Shown here: in pieces, positions 52,674-64,000 of the stretch
Layout of the letters: each line of letters starts with the position of its first letter
Position numbering within the stretch: the first letter of the stretch is position 1
From: Bacteroidales bacterium
GTDB taxonomy: Bacteria; Bacteroidota; Bacteroidia; Bacteroidales; P3
Assembly (NCBI GenBank): GCA_017480225.1
Contig: JAFVBB010000010.1
Span: forward strand, 120,748 to 184,747
Length of the DNA: 64,000 bases
Direction of reading: 5' to 3'
Translations under genes and position numbers: made by a program
Notes under the pieces: model-generated
Databases searched by the model: none
What the model was told of the DNA's origin: nothing
Seen by the model: the letters and a program-made list of their open reading frames with translations, nothing else

Positions 52674-54539
52674 ATGACGAAGAAACAGGCCATAACAGGA
52701 CTTTTATTGCTGGCAGCCAGCTTTCTGCCCTTTGCCGTGCAGGGGCAGCGCATAGTGAGGCTCAACATTCCGGGCGATGTATGCGCAGGCACAAGCCCCG
52801 TCGTGACCTTCGGCTACGACAAGGGCAACGGCGTGGTGGTCAGCTCGGGCGAGAGCACCCTCGGCCACAACGAGACGGTGTTCCTGCCCGACGGCGTGGA
52901 GTGCGACGGCAGCTGCTCGTATGTGTCGCCGGTCACTTTCAGCGACTTCGACGACACGGCCTGCGTGCGCTCGGCCGAGGACATACACTTCGTGCGCATA
53001 AAAATGGAGCACAGCTACATAGGCGACATCTACATAGGCTTCCGCTGCCCCAACGGACAGCGCGCCGACCTCATGCGCTACGCCGGCAGCGGCACGTCGA
53101 GCTGCGACCACACCATACCGGCGTCGGCCCGGCACTGGAGCAGCGGGCTGAACGTCGCCGAGGACACCTTCCTGGGCGAAGCCAAGAAGAGCACTAACGA
53201 GGCCGACCCATGCAACCCCAACGCCTTCGGCAACGAGCCCGGCAAAGGGTGGAACTACTGCTGGAGCGACAACACACAGATGGGCTACAAATACGCCGAC
53301 GGCGACGGACTGATATACCGCCGCTCGCACAGCCACGACAAGAAGATAGACTCGTCGCACGTTGACGCAGGCAAGAACTTCTACCACCCCGACGACTCAT
53401 TCGACAAACTGGTGGGCTGCCCGCTCAACGGCACATGGTCGATAGTGGTGGTGGACGGTTTCAAGATGGACAACGGATACATCTTCTCGTGGGAGATGAC
53501 CCTCGACCCCTCGCTCCTGCCCCGGCAGTGCAAGCTGGAGAAGGCCATGGTGGAAGGCGGCGCTGCCGAGCGGGTGAACGACACCACGCTGCGGCTTGTG
53601 TCGCCGTCGAACATCACCACCGACACCACCGTGCACTACACGCTGCTGGTACTCACCAGCTGCGGCGACACGCTCGACACCACGGCCTCGGTCACCTACC
53701 ATCCAGGCAAGACCACCAGCATCGACACCACCGTGTGCGAGGGCACAGCGCTGCGCTTCGGACAGCAGACGATAGCCACCGCAGGCCACCACGAGGTGAT
53801 GACGAGCACAACGGCGGGCTGCGACTCGCTGCTGAAAATAGACTTGACGACGATGCCGACCTACGACCAGCATGTGCACGACACCATCTGCAAAGGCAAC
53901 CGCATAGAGTTCGAGGGAGAGGTGTACACCACGCATGGCGACTACATACACAGGCTGCGCACCGGCTTCGGCTGCGACTCGCTGCGCACACTGCACCTCG
54001 TGGTGCAGGGCGAAGACCTGCTGGCACGCATACAGGCGGCGCCGATGATTGTCGACGCCGAGCGGCGGCGAGTGGCGCTGCGCGACGCCAGCCGCAACCA
54101 CGTGCGGCGCATGTGGGATCTGGGCGGCCTGGCCTCCAGCGACCGCGAGGAGCTGGCCTTCGACTACCCGGAAGAATACGACTCGCTGGCGGTGGTGCTG
54201 CGCGTGGAGAACCATCAGGGATGCAGCGACACCGACACCGCCATGCTGCGCTATGACCGCTCGCTGGCCACAGTGCCCAACGCCTTCACACCCAACCTGT
54301 CGGAGAACAACCGCTGGCGGCCCGTGGTGCACGACGCCACCGACCTCGAGGTGTGGGTCTACAACCGCGCCGGTGTGTTGGCGGCACACTTGGAGAGTCT
54401 GGACGACGAGTGGGACGGCACGCTGCCCGACGGCGCGCCCGCCCCGCAGGGCACCTACGTCTACACCCTGCGCTTCCACAGCCGCGTGAGGCCTCAGAGG
54501 CCGGTGACGCTGACCGGCAGCGTGACACTGATCAGATGA
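52674..54539 (+). CDS. Secreted protein with a T9SS type-B C-terminal sorting domain
   Basis: Signal peptide MTKKQAITGLLLLAASFLPFAVQG. C-terminus VPNAFTPNLSENNRWRPV...VWVYNRAGVLA...WDGTLPDGAPAPQGTYVYTL...GSVTLIR. A possible P-domain-like block HSYIGDIYIGFRCPNGQ. Confidence 0.8.
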   Translation: MTKKQAITGLLLLAASFLPFAVQGQRIVRLNIPGDVCAGTSPVVTFGYDKGNGVVVSSGESTLGHNETVFLPDGVECDGSCSYVSPVTFSDFDDTACVRSAEDIHFVRIKMEHSYIGDIYIGFRCPNGQRADLMRYAGSGTSSCDHTIPASARHWSSGLNVAEDTFLGEAKKSTNEADPCNPNAFGNEPGKGWNYCWSDNTQMGYKYADGDGLIYRRSHSHDKKIDSSHVDAGKNFYHPDDSFDKLVGCPLNGTWSIVVVDGFKMDNGYIFSWEMTLDPSLLPRQCKLEKAMVEGGAAERVNDTTLRLVSPSNITTDTTVHYTLLVLTSCGDTLDTTASVTYHPGKTTSIDTTVCEGTALRFGQQTIATAGHHEVMTSTTAGCDSLLKIDLTTMPTYDQHVHDTICKGNRIEFEGEVYTTHGDYIHRLRTGFGCDSLRTLHLVVQGEDLLARIQAAPMIVDAERRRVALRDASRNHVRRMWDLGGLASSDREELAFDYPEEYDSLAVVLRVENHQGCSDTDTAMLRYDRSLATVPNAFTPNLSENNRWRPVVHDATDLEVWVYNRAGVLAAHLESLDDEWDGTLPDGAPAPQGTYVYTLRFHSRVRPQRPVTLTGSVTLIR

Positions 54540-55354
54540 ACACAACAAACACAATCACAATGCAAGAACTGATAGAACAGGCCTGGAACGACCGCAGCCT
54601 GACCGAGCGCGCCGAGGTGCGCCAGGCAGTGGAGGAGGCTGTGGCCATGCTCGACCGCGGCGAGCTGCGCGTAGCCGAGCCCGACGGCGACGGCTGGCGC
54701 GTCAACGAATGGGTGAAGAAAGCCGTGCTCCTCTTCTTCCCGCTGCGCGGAATGCAGACGATGGAGGCTGGCCCGATGGAATACTGGGACAAGATACCGC
54801 CCAAGCGCGGACTGGCGGAGCGCGGCGTGAGGGTTGTGCCGCCGGCGGTGGCGCGCTATGGCAGCTACCTGGCGCCCGGCGCGGTGATGATGCCATCCTA
54901 CGTGAACATCGGCGCATGGGTGGGACCCGGCACGATGGTCGACACCTGGGCCACCGTGGGCAGCTGCGCGCAGGTGGGCGCCAACGTGCACCTGAGCGGC
55001 GGCGTGGGGCTGGGCGGTGTGCTCGAGCCAGTGCAGGCAGCCCCGGTCATCATTGAGGACAACTGTTTCATAGGCAGCCGCTGCATCGTGGTGGAGGGCG
55101 TCAGGGTGGAGCGCGAGGCAGTGCTCGGCGCCGGCACCGTGCTCACGGCCAGCACCAAGATAATCGACGTCACCGGGAGCGAGCCTGTGGAATACACAGG
55201 GCGGGTGCCGGCGCGCAGCGTAGTCATCCCCGGCACAAGGCCAAAACACTTCGCCGCAGGCGAATACGGCGTGCCATGCGCACTGATAATCGGCCGCCGC
55301 AAGGAAAGCACCGACAAGAAGACATCACTTAACGAAGCATTGAGACTATTCTGA
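54536..55354 (+). CDS. dapD: 2,3,4,5-tetrahydropyridine-2,6-dicarboxylate N-succinyltransferase
   Basis: Start MNTTNTITMQELIEQAWNDR (ATGA overlap with the upstream stop). Hexapeptide-repeat region NIGAWVGPGTMVDTWATVGSCAQVGANVHLSGGVGLGGVLEP. Confidence 0.85.
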   Translation: MNTTNTITMQELIEQAWNDRSLTERAEVRQAVEEAVAMLDRGELRVAEPDGDGWRVNEWVKKAVLLFFPLRGMQTMEAGPMEYWDKIPPKRGLAERGVRVVPPAVARYGSYLAPGAVMMPSYVNIGAWVGPGTMVDTWATVGSCAQVGANVHLSGGVGLGGVLEPVQAAPVIIEDNCFIGSRCIVVEGVRVEREAVLGAGTVLTASTKIIDVTGSEPVEYTGRVPARSVVIPGTRPKHFAAGEYGVPCALIIGRRKESTDKKTSLNEALRLF

Positions 55355-55740
55355 TGAAGACGACCAGACTGATACGCACAGCGGCCACGGCGGCGGCATT
55401 CATGCTGCTGGCCACGGCCTGCGTGGAGCACGACGAGGTGGAATTCGAGGGCACGGTGGTTGGCATACGCAACTGCTCGTCGATAATGTTCGACCCCAAC
55501 AGCGGCTTCATCGTGCAGCTCACCAAGCCGGAAGGCGTGGGAGGCACGATGGTGTCGGAAGAAGGCGAGACGATGGAGAACCTGGTGGTGCTCTACGAAG
55601 GCGACAAGCAGCTGCGCTACCTCGACAAGGTGCGCGGCACGATGTACTGGGACGACAAGTACTCGCGAGCCAACTGCTCGGTGAACATGAACCTTGAACT
55701 GCCCGAAGCAGTGATAGTTAAGGTCACTGTTGAAAAATAA
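55354..55740 (+). CDS. Lipoprotein (hypothetical)
   Basis: MKTTRLIRTAATAAAFMLLATAC lipobox. The start overlaps the dapD stop (TGATG). Confidence 0.55.
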   Translation: MKTTRLIRTAATAAAFMLLATACVEHDEVEFEGTVVGIRNCSSIMFDPNSGFIVQLTKPEGVGGTMVSEEGETMENLVVLYEGDKQLRYLDKVRGTMYWDDKYSRANCSVNMNLELPEAVIVKVTVEK

Positions 55741-55775
55741 TGACAAATAGGCGCGGCAGAAAAGACAAATGTTCG

Positions 55776-55783
55776 TAACTTTG
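55776..55783 (+). promoter_or_regulatory. -7 box TAACTTTG for dnaN
   Basis: Matches TAnnTTTG, 37 nt upstream of ATG 55820. Confidence 0.45.
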
Positions 55784-55819
55784 CAGCCTGTTTTGTAGAA
55801 TAAAAAAACACATCCAAAC

Positions 55820-56965
55820 ATGAAGTTTATTGTAAACAGCCAGAAATTCCTCAAGCAGTTGCAGTCGCTCAGCGGCGTGCTGGGCGGCGGCAACACGATG
55901 CCCATCATCAGCTGCTTCCATTTCCACCTTGAAGACGGCAAGCTCACCATCAAGACCACCGACCTGACAACCACCATCGTGGCCTCGATGAGTGTGGAGA
56001 CCCAACACATGGACAATGCCGAGGAGGTGGCCGTGCCGTCGAAGATGCTGCTCGACATACTGAAGACCTTCGACGATGTGCCATTGACCTTCGACATCAA
56101 GATGGACAGCTACACGATTGAAATCGCGTCGGGCCAGGGACAGTACAAGATTGTGGGCATGGACGCCTCGACCTACCCCTCGATGCCAATGATGGAGACC
56201 ACCAGCAGCGTGACCATGGGCAGCCTCTCGCTGGAGCAGGCCATCAGCAAGACCATTTTCGCCACCAGCAACGACGAGCTGCACCAGCAGATGAATGGCA
56301 TATACTGCGAGATGACGCCCGATGGGGTTACATTCGTGGCCACCGACGCACACAAACTGGTGCGCTACCGCCGCACCGACACGCAGAGCGAGGACAGCTC
56401 CAACTTCATTCTGCCGAAGAAACCCATCGCAGTGGTGAGGAACATACTGTCGGGGATAAAGGATGACGTGGACGTGAGGATGGAGTACAACAACACCAAC
56501 ATCAGTTTCACGTTTGCCGAGTTCTACATTGTCTGCCGGCTGATTGACGGCCGTTACCCCAACTACGAGGCTGCCATTCCGAAAGAGAACCCCAACAAGC
56601 TGATTGTGGACCGCATGTCGCTGCTGTCGACCCTGCGCCGCGTCAGCCTGTTTGCCAGCGAGGCCACCCGCCAGGTGCGCCTGTCGATTGCCGCCAGCCA
56701 ACTGACGGTCTCGGCCGAAGACCTTGAGTTCTCCAACAAGGCCAAGGAGGACATCCCCTGCCAGTACGAGGGCGACCCGATGGACATTGGTTTCAACGCC
56801 AAGTTCCTCACAGATATGCTTGCCAACCTTGACAGCGAGCAGGTCATGATAGAACTGTCGCACCCCTCGCGCGCGGGCATCATCTTCCCCTACTACACCG
56901 GCGAGGAGACCGAGCGCAAGGAGGACATACTGATGCTGGTCATGCCGGTGATGCTGGCCAACTAA
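55820..56965 (+). CDS. dnaN: DNA polymerase III beta subunit (sliding clamp)
   Basis: MKFIVNSQKFLKQLQSLSGVL..., three-domain 381-aa protein, LIDGRYPNYEAAIP motif. Confidence 0.9.
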   Translation: MKFIVNSQKFLKQLQSLSGVLGGGNTMPIISCFHFHLEDGKLTIKTTDLTTTIVASMSVETQHMDNAEEVAVPSKMLLDILKTFDDVPLTFDIKMDSYTIEIASGQGQYKIVGMDASTYPSMPMMETTSSVTMGSLSLEQAISKTIFATSNDELHQQMNGIYCEMTPDGVTFVATDAHKLVRYRRTDTQSEDSSNFILPKKPIAVVRNILSGIKDDVDVRMEYNNTNISFTFAEFYIVCRLIDGRYPNYEAAIPKENPNKLIVDRMSLLSTLRRVSLFASEATRQVRLSIAASQLTVSAEDLEFSNKAKEDIPCQYEGDPMDIGFNAKFLTDMLANLDSEQVMIELSHPSRAGIIFPYYTGEETERKEDILMLVMPVMLAN

Positions 56966-56980
56966 CATTGACGGCAAGCG

Positions 56981-57835
56981 ATGAGCGGCAAGGTGAACCT
57001 ATGGGGTACGCACGGAGCCACGGTGCTGGGCATCACGCTGGTGCTCTTCATGCTGGGTCTGCTCCTATGCATTGAGTACCACTCCTACAGGCTGACGCAC
57101 GACGCGCAAGAGCGCATCACCTACAAGGTGGACCTCTCGCCCGACGTCAGCGACTCGCTGGCGCTGTGCCGCAAGGCCGACGTGGAGCGTATGCCCTACG
57201 TGAAGAAAGTTGACTACATATCGAAGCAGAAGGCTGCCGAGATATTCAGCGAAGACCTGGGTGAGGACTTTGTAGGCTTCATCGGCTACAACCCGCTGTA
57301 CCCATCGCTGATGGTGAACTTCAACGTGAGCCTTCTGCCCGACAACTCGACCGAGGCTCTCGACCAGTTCTGCCTCGACGTCGACTCGCTCGAAGGCGTC
57401 ACCGGGGTGGCCTACCAAGAGAATGTGGTCGACGAGCTGCGCGAGGTTTTCTACAAGCTATCCTGGTTTCTGATAGTGTTTGTGGCGCTGTTGCTCATCA
57501 TCACCGTAGTACTGATTGCCAGCTTGATACGCATTGCAATATATGGTCGGCGCGATGCCATCGCCACAATGCGTATGGTCGGTGCAAAGACTGGGTTCAT
57601 CATGCGTCCGTTCCTGTGGCGAAGCATACTCTACGGAGCCATGGGCGGACTGATTGCATCGGTGCTCACCACGCTCACACTGTGGGTTTTCAGCAACCAG
57701 TTCAGCCTGCCGCTGACGAGTCCGGCGCACTTCACCTGGTATGCCTTGATTGCGGTGATACTGGTGCTGGCTGGCGTCATCATATCTTATCTTTCCACAG
57801 CCGTCACTGTGCGGCGCTACATTGCCAAACATTAA
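56981..57835 (+). CDS. ftsX: FtsX-like cell-division permease
   Basis: N-terminal TM, periplasmic domain, then three C-terminal TMs with the MRMVGAKTGFIMRPF motif. Confidence 0.7.
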   Translation: MSGKVNLWGTHGATVLGITLVLFMLGLLLCIEYHSYRLTHDAQERITYKVDLSPDVSDSLALCRKADVERMPYVKKVDYISKQKAAEIFSEDLGEDFVGFIGYNPLYPSLMVNFNVSLLPDNSTEALDQFCLDVDSLEGVTGVAYQENVVDELREVFYKLSWFLIVFVALLLIITVVLIASLIRIAIYGRRDAIATMRMVGAKTGFIMRPFLWRSILYGAMGGLIASVLTTLTLWVFSNQFSLPLTSPAHFTWYALIAVILVLAGVIISYLSTAVTVRRYIAKH

Positions 57836-57839
57836 AGAA

Positions 57840-58094
57840 ATGGAACAAATAAAAGACAGCAACACCGAAAACGGCCAGTTTAAGCTGACATTCAGCAAAG
57901 TGAACTACATCATGATGGCCGTGGGGGTGGTAATCCTGGCCTTGGGCTACCTGCTGCTCAGCGGTGGTGGGAGCGACGACCCGGCAGTGTTCAACAATGA
58001 CATGTTCGACACTCGTCGCCTGGTGGTGGCGCCGATATTAATTGTGCTGGGATTCGTGGTGGAGATTGTGGCCATCATGTTCAGAAAGAAGTAG
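57840..58094 (+). CDS. DUF3098 domain-containing membrane protein
   Basis: [26 protein letters not shown] ... [23 protein letters not shown]. This is the two-TM layout typical of DUF3098, conserved after ftsX in Bacteroidota. Confidence 0.7.
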   Translation: MEQIKDSNTENGQFKLTFSKVNYIMMAVGVVILALGYLLLSGGGSDDPAVFNNDMFDTRRLVVAPILIVLGFVVEIVAIMFRKK

Positions 58095-58098
58095 AGCG

Positions 58099-58902
58099 AT
58101 GGAATGGTTTGAAGCACTGGTGCTGGGCATCATACAGGGATTGACAGAATACCTGCCTGTGTCGTCGAGTGGACACTTGGCCATCGGCGCGCACCTCTTC
58201 GGGCTGAACGGCGAGGAGAACCTGACGTTCACCGTGGCGGTGCACGTGGCCACAGTGCTGAGCACAATAGTGGTGCTTTGGCGTGAGATAGTGTGGCTAT
58301 TCACCGACCTTTTCAAATGGAAATGGAACGAAGGCACGCGCTACATAGTCAACATCATAATATCGATGATACCTATCGGCATTGTGGGTCTGTTCTTCAA
58401 GGACAAGGTTGAGGAGGTGTTCGGCAGCGGATTGCTGGTGGTCGGTGTGTGCCTGCTGGTTACGGCTGCACTGCTCACATTCAGCTATCTGGCGAAACCA
58501 CGCCAGCGCGAGAGGATATCGCCGCTGCACGCCTTCATAATCGGTATCGCACAGGCGGTGGCAGTGCTGCCAGGCCTTTCCCGCTCAGGGAGTACCATAG
58601 CCACAGGACTGCTGCTTGGCAACAAGAAAGAGAAGCTTGCGCAGTTCTCGTTCCTCATGGTGATTCCGCCGATACTGGGCGAGGCATTGCTTGACGTGAA
58701 GAAGATGGCCGAGGTTGGCTTTAGCGAGGCCATGAGCGGACTGCCCGCAACGTCACTGGCAATTGGTTTTGTGGCAGCATTCGTATGCGGGTGCCTGGCC
58801 TGCAAATGGATGATTGGCATCGTAAAGCGCGGCAAACTGATATGGTTTGCCCTCTATTGCGCCGTGGTCGGACTGGCAGCCATCTTCATACCGATGCTAT
58901 GA
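58099..58902 (+). CDS. uppP: Undecaprenyl-diphosphate phosphatase
   Basis: [27 protein letters not shown] and [10 protein letters not shown] motifs. Confidence 0.9.
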   Translation: MEWFEALVLGIIQGLTEYLPVSSSGHLAIGAHLFGLNGEENLTFTVAVHVATVLSTIVVLWREIVWLFTDLFKWKWNEGTRYIVNIIISMIPIGIVGLFFKDKVEEVFGSGLLVVGVCLLVTAALLTFSYLAKPRQRERISPLHAFIIGIAQAVAVLPGLSRSGSTIATGLLLGNKKEKLAQFSFLMVIPPILGEALLDVKKMAEVGFSEAMSGLPATSLAIGFVAAFVCGCLACKWMIGIVKRGKLIWFALYCAVVGLAAIFIPML

Positions 58903-59693
58903 CGTGCGAGCAACTGCTTGAAGGCGTGGTGCTGCCTATCGACAAACCGCGCCAATGGACGTCCTTTCAGACTGTGAACAAAATCAAGGCCGTGGTGCGC
59001 AATGCCTACGGCCTTAAAAAGTTCAAGATAGGCCATGCTGGCACTCTGGATCCACTGGCAACAGGACTGTTGCTCGTGTGCATAGGCAAAGCCACCAAGT
59101 CGATCCCCCAGTTGCAAGACGGCGACAAAGAGTACTCTGGGACAATGGTGCTTGGGGCAACGACTCCATGCTTTGACCTAGAGCAGGCGATAGACAAGTA
59201 CTATCCATACACGCACATCACACAAGCTTTTGTAAAGGCCGCCGCACAGAAACTCACAGGGGCAATAATGCAGACACCACCAATATTCAGCGCGGTGAAG
59301 ATAGATGGACAACGAGCATACGAGTATGCCAGACGTGACGACCAGTCGGCAACTATAGAACCAAAACAGGTAGTGGTCCATCGGTTTGAGATCAGTGAGT
59401 TTCGACCTGGCAGTGAGGCCGCAGTGCAGGTGCTGGCAACCACACCGCATCAGGCCGACGCACATCATCTGTACGACAATCCGCAAGGCTGCGTGCCCCC
59501 ATTCCTTCCACAGGCCGACTTCAGAATACATTGCGGGAAAGGAACCTATATACGCTCACTTGCACGCGACCTTGGCACAGAGCTTGGCAGCGGCGCTTTC
59601 CTGTGTGCACTAAGGCGCGAAAGGATTGGCAACTATCATGTTGACAACGCCCTGCAGCTCGATGACGTGGCCGACTACCTTGCGACCAGTTGA
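58899..59693 (+). CDS. truB: tRNA pseudouridine(55) synthase
   Basis: ATGA overlap with upp[15 protein letters not shown] ... [25 protein letters not shown]. Confidence 0.9.
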   Translation: MTCEQLLEGVVLPIDKPRQWTSFQTVNKIKAVVRNAYGLKKFKIGHAGTLDPLATGLLLVCIGKATKSIPQLQDGDKEYSGTMVLGATTPCFDLEQAIDKYYPYTHITQAFVKAAAQKLTGAIMQTPPIFSAVKIDGQRAYEYARRDDQSATIEPKQVVVHRFEISEFRPGSEAAVQVLATTPHQADAHHLYDNPQGCVPPFLPQADFRIHCGKGTYIRSLARDLGTELGSGAFLCALRRERIGNYHVDNALQLDDVADYLATS

Positions 59694-59734
59694 TGCTGCC
59701 TGTGTTTTTTTTCCACCAATATGAAAAATTTTCG

Positions 59735-59742
59735 TAAATTTG
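59735..59742 (+). promoter_or_regulatory. -7 box TAAATTTG for atpDC
   Basis: Matches TAnnTTTG, 38 nt upstream of ATG 59780. Confidence 0.45.
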
Positions 59743-59773
59743 CACCGCGTTTCTCACTAAACAAAGAAAATAA

Positions 59774-61511
<1,738 letters not shown>

Positions 61512-61515
<4 letters not shown>

Positions 61516-62684
61516 CCATCGCGGCAGCCCTGCTCGACGGAAAGGAAGTAGACATCACTATAGACGGCGCCACCATCACAAGCGTCATCCCGCACAGCCC
61601 ATGCGCAGCCGACATCGACGCGCATGGGCTTTCTGTTTTCCCTGGGCTCCGCAACATGCACTCGCACGCACCGATGACCCTCTTCCGTGGACTGGGCGAC
61701 GACCAGCCGCTCGAAGTGTGGCTCAAAGACTACATCTGGCCAGCTGAGCAAACGCTGACCGACGAGTCGGTATACAGAGGCACCCTGCAAGCCTGCAACG
61801 AGATGCTGGCCTCAGGTATCACTTTCTTCAACGACATGTATTTCCACCTGCCAGCCATGGCTCACGCCGTTGAGCAGAGCGGCATACGGGCAAGGCTGGG
61901 GCTCAACGTGTTCGGCGATGCCGACGAACTGCTAGACCCATCGACACTGGAACTCCTCACACACCCAACGCAACAGGTGGAATACAGCATTGCACCGCAC
62001 AGCATCTACACCGTAAGCGCCACCGGTCTGCAACGCTCTGCCGAGGCATGTGCACGCCTGAGCCTGCCCATGCACATTCACATGAGCGAGACCGAGAAAG
62101 AGGTGGCCGACTGCCTGCGCGAACACGGATGCCGCCCTTGGGAATGGTTGCGCCGACTGGGGGTGCTCGACATGGTCGGCGACAAAATAATAGCAGCGCA
62201 TTGCCTTCACCTCGACGATGACGAGATACGACTGATTGGCAGACATGGCATCACATGCGTGCATTGTCCCAATAGCAACCTGAAGCTGGGCAGCGGCTAC
62301 CGCTTCCCCATGCTCGAACTGCTCGATGCCGGTGCCCGCGTGGCACTTGGCACTGACGGCAGCGCCAGCAGCAACAACCTCGACCTCATTGAGGCCATGA
62401 AGACCGCAGCCTTGCTGCAGAAAGGATGGCGCAAAGACCCCTCCGCTGTACCGGCCTCGCTGATAATGGGCATTGCCACACAGGGAAGCTCCATTGCCCC
62501 AGGCCAACCTGCCGACCTGTTCTTGGTGCGGCTTAATGGTGCCTCAGAGCAAACTGACGGCCTCTCCACCCTCGTATATGCCACCCACGGCGAGAGCGTT
62601 GCACTCACCATTGTGGGTGGACGCGTTGTATACAGCAACGGACAGATGCCCCTGCCATCCCTCATGCCATCAGCAAATCGGTAG
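61512..62684 (+). CDS. Amidohydrolase family protein (MtaD/chlorohydrolase-like deaminase)
   Basis: GLRNMHSHAPMTLFRG metal-binding HxH, later HMSET and ALGTDGSASSNNLD motifs. Confidence 0.75.
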
Positions 62685-62804
62685 CCCAATAAGCATCAAT
62701 CCGGTGTCGTCGGCACACGTGACTGCTCGCGCCGCCTCCCCTTGCACAACTGAGCGATAGTCGACATTCATTGAGTTTTATTTTGCCACGTCGGCAAAAA
62801 GATG

Positions 62805-62812
62805 TAACTTTG
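62805..62812 (+). promoter_or_regulatory. -7 box TAACTTTG
   Basis: Matches TAnnTTTG, 24 nt upstream of ATG 62836. Confidence 0.45.
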
Positions 62813-62835
62813 CAGCATCAACAACAACACAAACG

Positions 62836-64000
62836 ATGCTGCAAATTCTACGCCCTGCGCTGCGCCTCGCGCTGCTGGCAGCCGCCGTGATGGCGGCCTC
62901 GTGCCAGCACCACAAGGACACCGGCAAGCAGATATTCCACTACAACGAGAGTGCCGGAATAGCCACCCTCGACCCTGCCTTCGCCAAGGATCAAAGCATC
63001 ATCTGGCCATGTCGGCAACTTTACAACGGCCTCGTCGAGCTCGACAGCGCGCTGCAGGTGCGCCCCTCTGTGGCCAAGAGATGGAGCGTTAGCGACGACG
63101 GCCTGTGCTACACCTTCACCCTACGCGACGACGTCTTCTTCCATAAAAGCCCGCTCTTCGGCACCCCCGACAGCACCCGCCGCGTGGTGGCCTCCGATTT
63201 CGTTTACAGCTTCAACCGCGTGCTCTCGCCAAGCGTGGCCTCGCCGGGTGCATGGATATTCAATGGCGTGGAAAGCTTTGCCGCACCCGACGACACCACC
63301 TTCACCATCACCCTTCTCCATCCTTTCGCCCCCATGCTGCCCATGCTGGGCATGGTGTACTGCTCGGTGGTGCCCCGCGAGGTGGCCGAGCACTACGGCA
63401 AGGACTTCCGCTCACACCCCTGCGGCACAGGGCCATTCATGATGCAGTACTGGAAAGAGGGCGTGAAGCTGGTCATGCGGCGCAACCCGGCCTACTTCGA
63501 ACATGGTCTGCCACTGATTGACGCGGTGGCCGTCAGCTTTATCGTCGACAAGCAGACTGTGTTCCTCGAATTTGTCAAAGGCAACCTCGACTTCATGAAC
63601 TCCATCGACGCCGCCTACAAGGACGAGGTGCTCACCCCCGACGGCGAGCTGAAGGAGAAATATGCCTCGCGCCTGCGGCTCAGCCGCTCTCCCTACCTCA
63701 ACACCGAATACCTGGGCTTCCTCATGGAGGGTGACAACACGCCACTGGCCGACAGACGCGTAAGGCAGGCCATCAGTATGGGTTTCGACCGCGAGAAGAT
63801 GATGCGCTACCTGCGCAACAACATCGGCACACCCGGCCTCGGAGGCTTCGTGCCACTGGGACTGCCAGGCTTCGACAGCCTTCCCAGCTACGGCTACCGC
63901 TACGACCCAGCCCGCGCGTCGGCGCTGCTGGCCGAGGCCGGCTATCCGGGCGGCAAGGGTATGCCGGCACTGAAGCTGGGCACAACAGCATCATACCTGG
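62836..64000 (+). CDS. ABC transporter substrate-binding lipoprotein, family 5 (peptide/nickel type), 5-prime part (runs off the right edge)
   Basis: Hand translation gives MLQILRPALRLALLAAAVMAASC... IATLDPAFAKDQ ... LYNGLVELD ... RWSVSDDGLCYTFTLRDDVFFH ... GTGPFMMQYWKEG. It is absent from the ORF track because no stop lies in the window. Confidence 0.75.
   Translation, partial: MLQILRPALRLALLAAAVMAASCQHHKDTGKQIFHYNESAGIATLDPAFAKDQSIIWPCRQLYNGLVELDSALQVRPSVAKRWSVSDDGLCYTFTLRDDVFFHKSPLFGTPDSTRRVVASDFVYSFNRVLSPSVASPGAWIFNGVESFAAPDDTTFTITLLHPFAPMLPMLGMVYCSVVPREVAEHYGKDFRSHPCGTGPFMMQYWKEGVKLVMRRNPAYFEHGLPLIDAVAVSFIVDKQTVFLEFVKGNLDFMNSIDAAYKDEVLTPDGELKEKYASRLRLSRSPYLNTEYLGFLMEGDNTPLADRRVRQAISMGFDREKMMRYLRNNIGTPGLGGFVPLGLPGFDSLPSYGYRYDPARASALLAEAGYPGGKGMPALKLGTTASYL

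Noticed and set aside
55741-55819. Replication origin next to dnaN
   Set aside because: There is no dnaA gene adjacent, I saw no cluster of TTATCCACA-like DnaA boxes, and the intergenic region is only 79 nt with an ordinary promoter box.

Overview
This 64-kb chromosomal window comes from a GC-rich member of the Bacteroidota, probably Bacteroidales-like. The phylum call rests on TAnnTTTG -7 promoter boxes in front of many genes, two T9SS type-B (gliding-motility C-terminal) sorting domains, a GldB-like lipoprotein, DUF349/DUF3098/DUF4954 families, and an isolated atpD-atpC pair. Most of the window is housekeeping: korAB, trmO, ltaE, ftcD, dapD, dnaN, ftsX, uppP, truB, atpDC, mutL, bcp, tamB and a Y-family polymerase with a YolD-like partner. 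Many genes are coupled by ATGA-type overlaps. Many long ORFs in the track are antisense shadows of real genes caused by the high GC content, and several true genes start well inside the reported ORF. An accessory segment lies directly downstream of a tRNA-Gln(CTG) gene (about 10.9-17.3 kb). It is visibly AT-richer and holds gene remnants (an SpvB/Tc-toxin N-terminal fragment, a DNA methyltransferase fragment, a frameshifted paralog), small exported proteins, an HTH gene and a LytTR gene. No integrase, transposase, CRISPR array or recognised defence system was seen. The observations most worth follow-up are listed here. (1) A LytTR DNA-binding protein sits immediately upstream of a DUF2233/phosphodiester-glycosidase-like exported protein twice, in two permuted membrane architectures, one of them inside a tamB operon. 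(2) Three copies of a roughly 100-nt near-perfect palindrome are built from 11-bp TTCTYCGATTG units. A second 11-bp-periodic array (GAGTAGGAGWT) occurs twice, and both are linked to a shared CTGGTTWWCAG module and other conserved intergenic blocks. (3) The korB-like gene is split by a single in-frame TGA. (4) A 273-nt near-identical 3-prime cassette is shared by an intact gene and its decayed paralog. All functional calls come from reading the translations by eye, and no database search was possible.
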